Positions 1-9,005 of a stretch of 64,000 bases of DNA are shown here, piece after piece. Where the stretch lies: NCBI GenBank assembly GCA_023248155.1, contig JAHFFE010000003.1, positions 212,159 to 276,158 of the forward strand, in the 5' to 3' direction. Below the pieces are notes generated by a model that was given only the letters and a program-made list of their open reading frames with translations, did not search any database and had not been told where the DNA came from. Made by a program: the position numbers and the translations under genes. This stretch comes from Candidatus Omnitrophota bacterium (GTDB lineage Bacteria; Omnitrophota; Gorgyraeia; 1-14-0-20-64-10). Positions within the stretch are counted from its first letter, which is position 1; every line of letters begins with the position of its first letter.

Positions 1-111
1 ACCCAGCCGGTAATCGAGACCTGAATCATCGATCAGGCGCAATATTTTGGCGATTGATTTACTCAGGCTGACCGATTTACCGAATGGCACGATCGAAATC
101 TCGGCAATCAT
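1..111 (-). CDS. MTH1187/YkoF (UPF0045) family protein; only the N-terminal 37 aa fall inside the window
   Basis: Reverse-strand frame 3 translates to MIAEISIVPFGKSVSLSKSIAKILRLIDDSGLDYRLG with no stop before the window edge. The ATG at 109-111 overlaps the ald stop codon as ATGA. The motif resembles the YkoF/MTH1187 N-terminus. Confidence 0.55.
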   Translation of the reverse strand, partial: MIAEISIVPFGKSVSLSKSIAKILRLIDDSGLDYRLG

Positions 112-1220
112 AGCAAACGAGCCAACGGCGCATATAATAATCCCAAATCCCGCGCAGTCGCTTCATAAGTAACCTGTCCGCGCGCGATATTGACGCCTTT
201 GGCCAGCATCGGTCTTTCAAGCAGCTGGCGGGAAAAACCGGTGCGCGCCAGATCCAGAACAAATGGCAGCGTTGCGTTCGTTAACCCGTAGGTTGAAGTA
301 ACCGCCACGGCTCCGGGAATATTGGTGACGCAATAGTGAACAATTCCCTCTTCGACAAAAATCGGCGATGCATGCGTGGTCGGATGCGAGGTTTCGGCCA
401 GGCCGCCCTGATCGATCGCCACATCCACAAGAACCGATCCGGGCTTCATCTTTTTGAGCATCCAGCGCGGAATCAATATCGGAGAACGGGCCCCTCGGAT
501 CAGCGCAGCGCCAATCACCAGATCGGCGCGGGAAACGCGGTCAGCAATATTATGTTCGTTCGACATCAGAAACCAGACGTTCTTAGGAAGGATATCCTCC
601 AGATAACGGAGGCGGTCCAGGTTCACATCCATCACGGTGACGCGGGCACCCAGCCCGGCGGCCACTTTAGCGGCGTTACAGCCAACGACGCCCCCACCCA
701 GGATCAGCACGCTGGCCGGAGCAACGCCCGGGATACCGCCCAAAAGGATCCCCTTTCCCTTCATCGGCTTTTCGAGGTATTTCGCACCCTCCTGAACCGA
801 CATACGTCCGGCCACCTCGCTCATCGGAACCAGAATCGGCAGCTGGCCGCGCTGGTCTTCAACGGTCTCGTAGGCGACGCAAATTATTTTTTGACGAATC
901 ATGGCGCGCGCCAATTCCGGATTCGCGGCAAAATGGAAGAACGCGAAGACAACCTGGTTGGGCCGCAGCAGTTTGTATTCTTCCGGCTGGGGTTCCTTGA
1001 CCTTCACGATCATATCAGCGCGGCGGAATATCGGCACGGCACCTCGCACGATCTTCGCGCCGGCCTGCGTATAGTCCCGGTCGGAAATCTCAGATCCTTT
1101 TCCGGCGCCGGCTTCGACTAATATGGTATGCCCGGCTTTCTTAAGCTGGGCCACACCAGAAGGAACGACCGCTACGCGGTATTCGTCTTTTTTAACTTCC
1201 TTGGGGACGCCGATGATCAT
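108..1220 (-). CDS. ald: Alanine dehydrogenase
   Basis: 370 aa. N-terminus MIIGVPKEVKKDEYRVAVVPSGV and the NAD Rossmann motif GGGVVGCNAAKVA. AlaDH/PNT family. Confidence 0.85.
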   Translation of the reverse strand: MIIGVPKEVKKDEYRVAVVPSGVAQLKKAGHTILVEAGAGKGSEISDRDYTQAGAKIVRGAVPIFRRADMIVKVKEPQPEEYKLLRPNQVVFAFFHFAANPELARAMIRQKIICVAYETVEDQRGQLPILVPMSEVAGRMSVQEGAKYLEKPMKGKGILLGGIPGVAPASVLILGGGVVGCNAAKVAAGLGARVTVMDVNLDRLRYLEDILPKNVWFLMSNEHNIADRVSRADLVIGAALIRGARSPILIPRWMLKKMKPGSVLVDVAIDQGGLAETSHPTTHASPIFVEEGIVHYCVTNIPGAVAVTSTYGLTNATLPFVLDLARTGFSRQLLERPMLAKGVNIARGQVTYEATARDLGLLYAPLARLL

Positions 1221-1226
1221 TGGGAA

Positions 1227-2087
1227 TTATTCGGTTTTCTTTGCTTTCAATGAGCCTGTCAGCGCGTCGAGTGATTCCATAATATTGATCGGGACCGCAA
1301 GAACGACGGTGTTGGATGCCGTTGGCCCGAGGCCGTCGATCGTCTGGAGCGTGCGCAGCTGCATCGCGCCCGGAGACTCCGCCATTGTTTTGGCGGCTGC
1401 GGCAAGATTGGCGGCCGCTTCTTTGTCACCTTCTGCCTTCGTAATCGTGGCCCGTTTTTCGCGCTCGGCGGAAGCCTGCCGCGACATCATCTTCTTTAAT
1501 TCTTCCGGCACTTCAACATCCTGAAGACGGATGCCGGTCACTTCCAGACCCCAGCCGGCCGTGTCCTTCTCAACGGTCGATTCGATTGCCTTGCCAATCT
1601 CTTCACGCTCAACCAGAAGCTGATCAAAGGTCAATTGCCCGATCACATCGCGAAGCGAAGTCTGGGCATACTGCGAAATCGCGTAGCGGTAATCCTGCAC
1701 CTTGATGATCGCGTCAGCCGCGTTGTCGACTTTAAAGAAAAGAACGCCGTTGATCTCCACCGGCACATTGTCCTTGGTGATCACCTGCTGGGTCGGGATA
1801 TCGATCGCCAGCACGCGCGTATCGATCACGCGTACCGAATCGATCAGCGGAATCACACAAAAAAGACCGGGCCCCTTGATGCTGCTGTACTTTCCCAAAC
1901 GGAAAATAACGGCCTTTTCCCATTGCGCGGCCAGACGAATGGCTGAGGAAATCACCCAGCTGAAAAAACCCCAGACAACCAGCCAAATCAACGCGCTGTT
2001 TGGCGACTGAGACATCATCGGCAGAATAAATAACGCGCCGATCGCCATTAAAACAACAAACACCAACCCGGAAATATAGTTAACCAT
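1227..2087 (-). CDS. SPFH/band-7 (stomatin/prohibitin-like) membrane protein
   Basis: N-terminal transmembrane helix followed by an SPFH domain and a coiled-coil Ala/Glu-rich tail. The internal ATG at 2087 has a GGAGG RBS 6 nt upstream, which is preferred over the ORF-track start at 2267. Confidence 0.75.
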   Translation of the reverse strand: MVNYISGLVFVVLMAIGALFILPMMSQSPNSALIWLVVWGFFSWVISSAIRLAAQWEKAVIFRLGKYSSIKGPGLFCVIPLIDSVRVIDTRVLAIDIPTQQVITKDNVPVEINGVLFFKVDNAADAIIKVQDYRYAISQYAQTSLRDVIGQLTFDQLLVEREEIGKAIESTVEKDTAGWGLEVTGIRLQDVEVPEELKKMMSRQASAEREKRATITKAEGDKEAAANLAAAAKTMAESPGAMQLRTLQTIDGLGPTASNTVVLAVPINIMESLDALTGSLKAKKTE

Positions 2088-2196
2088 TGTACCCTCCTGG
2101 GAATAGGCTGAAGCCGCGTGGGCGGAATTTGCCGGTTTAAGAAAAAGATCCAGCACATCCTGTGTTTTTAATGGGTCGGAGCCTGTTGCCATGGAT

Positions 2197-2544
2197 TTAA
2201 TTCTCCTGGTGATTACGGAACATGCTTTGCAGAACAAACTCGGCAATCCGCTTCCGGTCGGAGCCATCTAGATCGGAAAAATAAAGAGCGGTTTGATAGC
2301 CGCCGGAATTTTTTGTCTTCTGCTGGCGTAAAACCACACCGGTACAGCGGACCGGATTAGACGCGGGCAGATCGATCTGAACGCTTAATTTCGTCATGGG
2401 AGCAATCATTTGATCCATCAGACAGGAGGCGCCTCCGCAGCTTAAATCATCGGTGCGCACTGAAAATGCCCCGGCCGGCGCCGATAGACGGCACTCCAGT
2501 TTCTCACGAACGCGCGGATATTGTCTCCGCTCGGAAGCAGTCAT
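2197..2544 (-). CDS. PilZ-domain protein (c-di-GMP receptor)
   Basis: Contains RRQYPRV (the RxxxR motif) and DLSCGGAS (the DxSxGG motif). The start at 2544 overlaps the upstream PilZ stop as ATGA. Confidence 0.75.
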   Translation of the reverse strand: MTASERRQYPRVREKLECRLSAPAGAFSVRTDDLSCGGASCLMDQMIAPMTKLSVQIDLPASNPVRCTGVVLRQQKTKNSGGYQTALYFSDLDGSDRKRIAEFVLQSMFRNHQEN

Positions 2545-2930
2545 CCCGTTATATAATCTCCCTGCTGGCCATGCCGGAATCCGCCGAGCCACCGCGCGTA
2601 GACAAAATCAAGCAAACGGGCCAAATCGAGCGGTTTAATATTCAGAAATTTAAGGCCGGCCCCAAACGGCGATTCAGACGGCTTCCCTTCCGACCAGGAG
2701 ACCTCGGCCGTCGCAAAAATCGGAATATTGTCGCCTGGAACTTTCAGCGTCAGATCAACATGCTCTCCCCGCTGAACAGGACCCGGAAACCGGATGCCGA
2801 TTCCATCCCTTGAGAAATCAAAAATCCGGGCTTTTCCGGAAGTCAGCGACGGCCCCTTTACCCAGAAATCGGTCTCGAGTTCCGCGTCAATGCGCATGAA
2901 TTTCCGCCGTTCTCGTGCTGTCGATTGCAT
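2541..2930 (-). CDS. PilZ-domain protein (c-di-GMP receptor)
   Basis: Contains RERRKFMRI and DFSRDGIG, the PilZ motifs. A GGAGGGG RBS lies 6 nt upstream of the ATG. Confidence 0.75.
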   Translation of the reverse strand: MQSTARERRKFMRIDAELETDFWVKGPSLTSGKARIFDFSRDGIGIRFPGPVQRGEHVDLTLKVPGDNIPIFATAEVSWSEGKPSESPFGAGLKFLNIKPLDLARLLDFVYARWLGGFRHGQQGDYITG

Positions 2931-2943
2931 CTAATCCCCTCCG

Positions 2944-5040
2944 TTATCCGATCATCTCAGAAGCCTCGACCGGGCGCTTAACGATCAAGCCGCGCCGGTA
3001 CGCCTTCATAAACACATCCACAATCGCCGGATCAAACTGAGACCCGGAATTCGCTAAAATTTCGCGCAGTGCCACATCATCCGGCATCCGTTTTCGGTAA
3101 GGGCGGTCGGTCGTAATGGAGTCAAAGGTGTCGGCCACCGCGATAATCCGGGTCGTCAGAGGAATTTCCATGGCGCGCAGCTGATCAGGATATCCCCTGC
3201 CGTCGAATCGTTCATGATGCGTTCTGACGGCGATCGCCACTTCTTCCATTCCCTTGATCGGCTGCAGGATGATCGCGCCGATGACCGGATGTTCCTCCAT
3301 TTTCTTCATCTCTTTCGGAGTCAGCTTGGTCCGCTTGCGCAGGATTTCATCGGAGATGCCGATCTTTCCGATATCATGAAGAAGCCCGGAAATCGTCAGC
3401 ACCTGGCGGAACCGCTGCGGCTGCGTAATCTCCGGAGGATAGCCCAGCTGCTCAAGAATGGCCATCGAGTAGGCGGTGGTGCGCTCGGTATGTCCATGCG
3501 TGTAGGGATCGCGCGCATCAACGGCCGAAGCCAGCGCGATCGCCGTATGCACGAACAGCCGGTGCTCACGCGCGTACAAACCTTCAATCTCATTGATCCG
3601 CACATAAAGCTGCTGGTACAACTGCGCGTTCTCAAGCGCGATCGCTCCCTCGCTGGCCAGCGCAAATAAAAGGTCAAGGTCCTCCTCTGAAAACGGATCC
3701 CCGGAAAGTTTCTCTCCCAGCACCAAAATGCCGTAAAGCTTTCCCTTGCTGAGTGCCGGAACACAGACATGAGCGCCCAGCGCCTGCATTTCGGCGTAGA
3801 TTTCCTGCAGCGTGCGGCGAATCACGGTTTTGCGCGGAAACATCCGTTCGCTGCGCAGCCAGCGGCGGACTTCATCCAGCGTAAGCACTTCTTTTTTTTC
3901 TTCCAGCCAGGTAATCAGCGGATTCTGAGCGTCCAATGAAAATCCGATGATCCGCTTCTTGATTCCGCGGCTGGCTTTTAAAACATAGCGGTTATTCTCA
4001 TTCTGAAGAATGCCGGTATGCGTCAAACGAACGCGCGCGCTGACGAAATAAACCATCAGCCTGACGAGCTTGTCAGCGGAGGTGACTTTGGTCATCCCTT
4101 TGGATGCCTCACGCAATGTTTTTTGCCAGGCATATTTTTTTTGAAACAGGTACCGGTCGGTCCAGCCGCGCAGCCAGAGATCCAGCGGGCGAACAACCGC
4201 CGTAACGACGCTCAGCGCCAAAACACACATCCATAAAACGCGCCGGTCCAGCATTTCGGGCCCGTAGAAAAACCATTGGCCCATAAAAACAACGAACACC
4301 ACAAAACAGCCGACCAGAACTGAATACAGCGATGTATAGATCAGCGTGCTTTTGATGACGATCGAAATATCCATCAATCGCCAGCGGACAATCGCGTAAG
4401 AGATCAGCGCGTAGAATAGAAAAAGCCCCTGCCAAACCGGAGAAACCGGCCAATGAAACAACAGCGGCACCATCGAGAAGAGCGATCCCCAGCCGACCAT
4501 AGCGGCGATAATCAAGTACCTCAGCTGGTTTCTCCGGTACCCGACTTGAACCCGGTACTCCGACAGCAAAACCGATATGCCGATGGCCCAGAGCAGAAGA
4601 AAACAAACGGCAAACCCGATATAAAACGGCCCCGCGGCCGGATAATAAAGGAAATCATTTTCAGGCTGGATATCGGCTACCAACAGCGGCGTGGCGGCCA
4701 ACAAAGCGAACACGGCACCGGCCCGCTCGGCCCAGCGCATCCGGCGCTCATAACCTTCTTCCCGTTCCGCGGCGAACGCCAGCGCAAACCGCAGAAACAG
4801 GATCGGCACCAGCGCGTAAGCCACCGTTGAAACGCGGGCCCAGAAAAGAGCCCATCCGGACGACGGAGCTTCGTTCATCAGCGCTATTGCGAAAGACCAC
4901 GCGGCTAAAGCCAGCGCCAGACGCATCCAGGCACGATGAACGGCACCGGCTTTGTCTTTAAAATAGACGAACAGGCCCAGAGAAACTCCGGCCGCAGCCA
5001 GTGCCAGGAATCCGACAGTTAAGTCCGTCAAAAACTCCAC
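2944..5040 (-). CDS. Membrane-bound HD-GYP phosphodiesterase (7-8 TM N-terminal sensor, GAF-like middle, HD-GYP C-terminus)
   Basis: A hydrophobic N-terminal third is followed by LLHDIGKIG (HD) and HHERFDGRGYP (GYP). GTG start. Confidence 0.8.
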   Translation of the reverse strand: MEFLTDLTVGFLALAAAGVSLGLFVYFKDKAGAVHRAWMRLALALAAWSFAIALMNEAPSSGWALFWARVSTVAYALVPILFLRFALAFAAEREEGYERRMRWAERAGAVFALLAATPLLVADIQPENDFLYYPAAGPFYIGFAVCFLLLWAIGISVLLSEYRVQVGYRRNQLRYLIIAAMVGWGSLFSMVPLLFHWPVSPVWQGLFLFYALISYAIVRWRLMDISIVIKSTLIYTSLYSVLVGCFVVFVVFMGQWFFYGPEMLDRRVLWMCVLALSVVTAVVRPLDLWLRGWTDRYLFQKKYAWQKTLREASKGMTKVTSADKLVRLMVYFVSARVRLTHTGILQNENNRYVLKASRGIKKRIIGFSLDAQNPLITWLEEKKEVLTLDEVRRWLRSERMFPRKTVIRRTLQEIYAEMQALGAHVCVPALSKGKLYGILVLGEKLSGDPFSEEDLDLLFALASEGAIALENAQLYQQLYVRINEIEGLYAREHRLFVHTAIALASAVDARDPYTHGHTERTTAYSMAILEQLGYPPEITQPQRFRQVLTISGLLHDIGKIGISDEILRKRTKLTPKEMKKMEEHPVIGAIILQPIKGMEEVAIAVRTHHERFDGRGYPDQLRAMEIPLTTRIIAVADTFDSITTDRPYRKRMPDDVALREILANSGSQFDPAIVDVFMKAYRRGLIVKRPVEASEMIG

Positions 5041-5046
5041 CGTCCT

Positions 5047-5916
5047 CTATAACGTGGCGGGTATTGTTAACCCGTGCTGAAGTGCCGTCTTCCGTATCAC
5101 ATCGCCCAAGCGGACAAGTCCGGCACGCGTAAAACTCTCGTTCTGAATAACTTTCACGCCCAAACGCGTTAAATCGCCCATCATCTGATTTTGATTAGGA
5201 AGTACTGCGGAACCGCTGCCATGCATGATCAATTCCTTCGGGCGGACGGGCGATTCCATCACTTTTCCGGCCATGTCACTCACCTTCCCCAGCACCGAGA
5301 GATCGGCCAGCAGAATATCGGGACGGAACTTATCCATCATCCGCAACGCTTCTTCCATCGAATAGGCGCAAACCACCTCGTATTGTCCGCCGCATTTCTC
5401 GGCATCGTTGAAAAAAATCTCTTTCAGTTTGTAGGTATACTCGGAAGGTTCAACAAACAGAAGCCGGGCCTTGGGAATGTCGGCCGATACTGCTGCCGTT
5501 TCTGAAGGCTCCGCGGCGCGCGGCGGCGCCGCGGCCGGTTTTCCATCCAGCGCCTCTTCGACTTTGTGGGTCAATGCCTGAATTCCAAACGGCTTCATCA
5601 GGAAACCGTCGACGCCCATCGCCTCGACCATTTCCTGGAACTGCACATCGTAAGCGGTGACGACAATTACCTTCGGCATCGGGTCCAACGACCGGATATG
5701 CTTGAGCACTTCCAGACCGTTCACGCCGGGCATTTTCATATCGAGAAGAACCAGGTCAATCCGGTTCTGGCTTAGCAGACGGATCGCCTGCCCTCCCTCC
5801 AACGCCGTCAAAATTTCATACCCCTTGCCGCCGAAATACATTTGCAGCGAAAGTGTTACTTCCGCTTCGTCATCGACGACTAAAACTCTTTTAGTTGTTT
5901 TATGAATGTCTGTCAT
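5047..5916 (-). CDS. Response regulator with tandem receiver domains and no output domain
   Basis: The N-terminal REC has VLVVDDE...LVLLDMKMPG. The second half is receiver-like (DILLADLS). Confidence 0.75.
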   Translation of the reverse strand: MTDIHKTTKRVLVVDDEAEVTLSLQMYFGGKGYEILTALEGGQAIRLLSQNRIDLVLLDMKMPGVNGLEVLKHIRSLDPMPKVIVVTAYDVQFQEMVEAMGVDGFLMKPFGIQALTHKVEEALDGKPAAAPPRAAEPSETAAVSADIPKARLLFVEPSEYTYKLKEIFFNDAEKCGGQYEVVCAYSMEEALRMMDKFRPDILLADLSVLGKVSDMAGKVMESPVRPKELIMHGSGSAVLPNQNQMMGDLTRLGVKVIQNESFTRAGLVRLGDVIRKTALQHGLTIPATL

Positions 5917-5940
5917 ACCTTTTTTTCTTTGTTCAAATAA

Positions 5941-5979
5941 TGGGAATAAAAAAAGCGCCTACACAATTGGTAGACGCTT
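5941..5979 (-). terminator. Rho-independent terminator
   Basis: The minus-strand RNA AAGCGUCUAC-CAAUUGU-GUAGGCGCUU forms a 10-bp stem including one G-U pair, followed by UUUUUUUAUU. The plus strand also carries T runs, so it is partly bidirectional. Confidence 0.7.
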
Positions 5980-6149
5980 AAACTTTTTCCCTGTTTTTTT
6001 GAGTCACAACACACCCCTGCCCCATCTTCGAGCGGATTCATTGAGTCTCCTTATGCCGTACCAGTCCTTAAGGACTTACGCTTCAGAAACCAACCGGTCC
6101 AACCTTCGGGTGCGTCTGTGAATAACTATACAAAGTCAGACCTGGCCTG

Positions 6150-7748
6150 TCAACCGAATTCCATTGGTTCCACCTCCATTTCCCGAGAGAACCATCCGCC
6201 TGAAATGGCGTCCAGATAAGCGGTTAATTCCTGAATCCGGATCCGCCGCTCATGGTTTAAAAACGGGTCGGTGCTGGGATGCCCTTCAAATTCTGCCATT
6301 AATTTTTGGCGCTCAAAATAAAGCCGCGTTGTTTCTTCGAGAAGATCCTGCCGCAGCTGCACCATTAAGCGAGACCGGACATCAATTGAAGTCTGATCGG
6401 TGCTCCAGATAAAATCGCCCAGATCCCAGTTGAAACTAAACCCGACACCCGAATTTTCCTCGATAGGACCAACGAAAAAGCGGGAAACCCCGGAACTGCT
6501 CGACGAAGTGACATTACTGTCCCAGTCCCGGTCCATACTCAGGTTGAATGTCGGAATCAGCGCGCGCCAACGGGCCTGCTGTCTCCAGCGCGCGATCTTC
6601 TCAGGCGCCACTTCCGAATATTCAATCACGCGCCGCTGCAGCGCCTGAATGGACGGCTCTTTTTTGGCGGCATGAAACGACACTGCGCCGGCAGCCGGCG
6701 ATGGTTCCGGTATGCGAATGATTCCATCGGCGGTACTGACACAGAAACCACCGCTCAAAGGATCGGAAAACAATTGTTTCAGACGGGATTCTCCCGAGCT
6801 TTTCCAAAACCGTTCCCATGAACCGGCTTTTGGATCGTAGCGATAAATACCTCGCGCCGTCAGCGCCAGCAGACCGGCGCCAGGCAGCGAATCAAATAGA
6901 ATATCGAGGATAACCGGTGTTCCGATTCCGGATGTCGGAAGCCAGCCAGACTGGCCGGTTTTCAGATTCCAGGAAAAAACACCGCGGACCGTTCCCATAT
7001 AAAGAAGGCCGGTGACGGAGTCAACCGCGATCCCTCCGGAATAAAGCGTCTGAAATTCGGAAGCAAGCTCCGTTTCGGAAACAGGTTCTTCCGAATCCAG
7101 CGCGGCTGAAAACTCCGTCTCTTCGCCGGAAATATGGTTCGGGTAAAGAAGCGGTATTTTATGCCAGGCTGAATCCTGGCCGGAGAAACGCCAGATCCCT
7201 TCACTCATCGTTGCCGCGTAAAAACCGGAATCAGTTGATGCCGAAATAATTTTCGTAATAATACCTCCAGGACCCGAGCAGCGCCTCCAGGCAGTCAACG
7301 CTGAATTGTCCGCTTCATAGATGCCCGAACCGGTTGCGGCAAAAACGCAAATTCTTCCGGCTGAATAACCGGCAGCCAATGCGGTAATAGTATTGGGAAG
7401 CGCTGATGTTTTCTGCGCACTGGATTGCTCGGAATCAATCCGGATAATCTCATTTCTTACGGCCAGACACAAAACCGGCTGGCCGGGCAATATAATTATT
7501 GAAGCAACCGATCCTTCCGCCAAACCACGGATCTCCGCCTTTTGAATAACCCCCTCCGGCGAACAGCGGTAAAGCCCTTTTTGGGCAGCCATCCAAAGAG
7601 TTCCCTGCCACTCAGCCAACTGCATAACTTCTCCCGAAAGCGTGGTCTCCCCTGCCTGCCGCAAAACTTTTCCGGCCGCATCCTCCGGGCCCTTTCCCGA
7701 CGAACAAGCAGATATACCCAGCAAGAAAATCACCAAAAACCTTCGCAT
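6150..7748 (-). CDS. Lipoprotein with beta-propeller-like repeats and an uncharacterised C-terminal domain
   Basis: Signal peptide with lipobox MRRFLVIFLLGISAC. Repeated G(I/L)YR...W motifs typical of propeller blades. No recognisable catalytic motif. Confidence 0.5.
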   Translation of the reverse strand: MRRFLVIFLLGISACSSGKGPEDAAGKVLRQAGETTLSGEVMQLAEWQGTLWMAAQKGLYRCSPEGVIQKAEIRGLAEGSVASIIILPGQPVLCLAVRNEIIRIDSEQSSAQKTSALPNTITALAAGYSAGRICVFAATGSGIYEADNSALTAWRRCSGPGGIITKIISASTDSGFYAATMSEGIWRFSGQDSAWHKIPLLYPNHISGEETEFSAALDSEEPVSETELASEFQTLYSGGIAVDSVTGLLYMGTVRGVFSWNLKTGQSGWLPTSGIGTPVILDILFDSLPGAGLLALTARGIYRYDPKAGSWERFWKSSGESRLKQLFSDPLSGGFCVSTADGIIRIPEPSPAAGAVSFHAAKKEPSIQALQRRVIEYSEVAPEKIARWRQQARWRALIPTFNLSMDRDWDSNVTSSSSSGVSRFFVGPIEENSGVGFSFNWDLGDFIWSTDQTSIDVRSRLMVQLRQDLLEETTRLYFERQKLMAEFEGHPSTDPFLNHERRIRIQELTAYLDAISGGWFSREMEVEPMEFG

Positions 7749-7772
7749 CGCAACCCCTCCTTATCCACTATA

Positions 7773-7842
7773 TATACAATATATTTGCTTATTATACAAT
7801 ATCCTGTTTTTGTTGATACAGAAAAAAATTAGGTGCTACAAT
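7773..7842 (+). promoter_or_regulatory. Candidate operator (two TATACAATAT direct repeats, 20 bp apart) plus a sigma70-like promoter (TTGATA, 18-nt spacer, TACAAT) for the XRE-cupin regulator gene
   Basis: Repeats at 7773-7782 and 7793-7802. -35 element at 7813-7818 and -10 element at 7837-7842. The ATG at 7849 is only about 7 nt downstream of the -10, so the mRNA may be leaderless. Confidence 0.35.
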
Positions 7843-7848
7843 AAAAGA

Positions 7849-8397
7849 ATGATCGGACAACGAATTAAAGAGCTGCGACAGGCGCATGGATTGTCGCTGC
7901 TGGAACTTTCCAAAAAATCGGGCGTCATCATTTCCAGCTTAAGCCGCATTGAAACCGGAAAAATGACCGGCACCATCGAATCGCATGTGGCGATCGCCAA
8001 AGCACTCGGAATCCGGCTGATTGAACTGTACGCTGGATTGGATACCCAAAATCCCGCGGCAGAATTCCGCCAGGCCAACGAAACACCCGAAAAACAAATC
8101 CAGACGCGCGGCGCTTTAATGGAGCCGCTGGTTTCCGCTCCGATGGAACGGAAAATGCTGCCGGTCATTATGACGCTGGGCGCCGGAAAAAACGCGAAAC
8201 CGGAACGGTCTCCGGCAGGATGCGAGAAACTGGTCTACCTGTTGAAGGGTCAGCTGCAGATCACGGTGGGCAACGAAACTTTCAAACTCAAGCCGGGCGA
8301 CAGCCTCTATTTTGAAGCGGGGTTAACGCATTCATTTTCGAATATCGGCCAGGGACCTTCCAGCGCGCTGGTTAGCAGCTGCCCCCCTTCCCTCTAA
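7849..8397 (+). CDS. XRE-family HTH regulator with a C-terminal cupin domain
   Basis: MIGQRIKELRQAHGLSLLELSKKSGVIISSLSRIETGK is an HTH_3 motif. The C-terminus has a cupin fold (GDSLYFEAGLTHSF). The internal ATG is chosen because the upstream part of the ORF is AT-rich promoter sequence. Confidence 0.75.
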   Translation: MIGQRIKELRQAHGLSLLELSKKSGVIISSLSRIETGKMTGTIESHVAIAKALGIRLIELYAGLDTQNPAAEFRQANETPEKQIQTRGALMEPLVSAPMERKMLPVIMTLGAGKNAKPERSPAGCEKLVYLLKGQLQITVGNETFKLKPGDSLYFEAGLTHSFSNIGQGPSSALVSSCPPSL

Positions 8398-8414
8398 TCC
8401 CGCTTATTTAATCT

Positions 8415-8588
8415 GGTTATTCGAGAGCCGCGAAGGGGTTTGCTGCCCGCACCGTGAAGAGCCCGAACGGCCATGGTGTCCCGCGTTCTTTAGCGGGACG
8501 AGTGAGGGCGATGCCCGGAGTGAGTCGAGCACGGTGGAGCGAGACGAACGATGCGGAAGCAACACCCCTTTGCGGCTCTCGAATAACC
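8415..8588. repeat. Structured inverted-repeat element, copy 1 (about 27-bp terminal inverted repeats enclosing about 120 nt)
   Basis: The left arm GGTTATTCGAGAGCCGCGAAGGGGTT (8415-8441) pairs with the right arm AACACCCCTTTGCGGCTCTCGAATAACC (8561-8588). An internal hairpin GTCCCGC-N8-GCGGGAC is present. The element sits between convergent genes, 14 nt after the stop of the 8602-9003 gene. A related copy lies near 40.9-41.03 kb. Confidence 0.6.
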
Positions 8589-8601
8589 GAAGTGCGGAGT
8601 T

Positions 8602-9003
8602 CTAGTGGACTTGCTCGACGACGAGCGGATAACGCAGTTTCAAATCGCCGTTCAACAACACTTCGACCGCGTATTCTCCGGGCTGCGGCAATTCCAGATG
8701 ATTGAAACGGGCGATCACAGAATGACGGGATTTCAACGTAGGCAATTCAAAAGCGGTTTCACGGTCGCGCGCCAGCTCCTGACCTGTCGGGTCAAGAATC
8801 CGGCTGTATTGCTGAAACGATCCTGCGCCGGAAATCCATCCATTCACGACAAACAGCGTCGGATGTGATGCCGGAAATTCGCGCGCACCGATTGTTTCAA
8901 ACAAACCGAGCAGGATAAACTTGCCGTTGTCTTCACGGCGGACATCGTCGCAAAGAACCGAATAGAGCAAGGACGGTTCAATCGAGGGCGGCGAGGCGGA
9001 CAT
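8602..9003 (-). CDS. Hypothetical protein in an operon with the PilZ gene
   Basis: 133 aa with no recognisable motif. It sits 3 nt downstream of the PilZ gene stop. Confidence 0.5.
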   Translation of the reverse strand: MSASPPSIEPSLLYSVLCDDVRREDNGKFILLGLFETIGAREFPASHPTLFVVNGWISGAGSFQQYSRILDPTGQELARDRETAFELPTLKSRHSVIARFNHLELPQPGEYAVEVLLNGDLKLRYPLVVEQVH

Positions 9004-9005
9004 GG

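Noticed and set aside
77-262. 61-aa minus-strand ORF at the window start
   Set aside because: It is in a different frame from the conserved YkoF-like N-terminus (1-111) and the ald 3' end, and it has a TTG start.
336-1121. 261-aa plus-strand ORF antisense to ald
   Set aside because: It lies entirely inside a well-supported alanine dehydrogenase gene on the other strand. It is Arg/Gly-rich low complexity, typical of a GC-rich antisense frame.
8415-8588. Integron attC site or retron msr/msd as the identity of the inverted-repeat element
   Set aside because: The termini do not fit the attC core (GTTRRRY/RYYYAAC). No integrase or reverse transcriptase gene is nearby.
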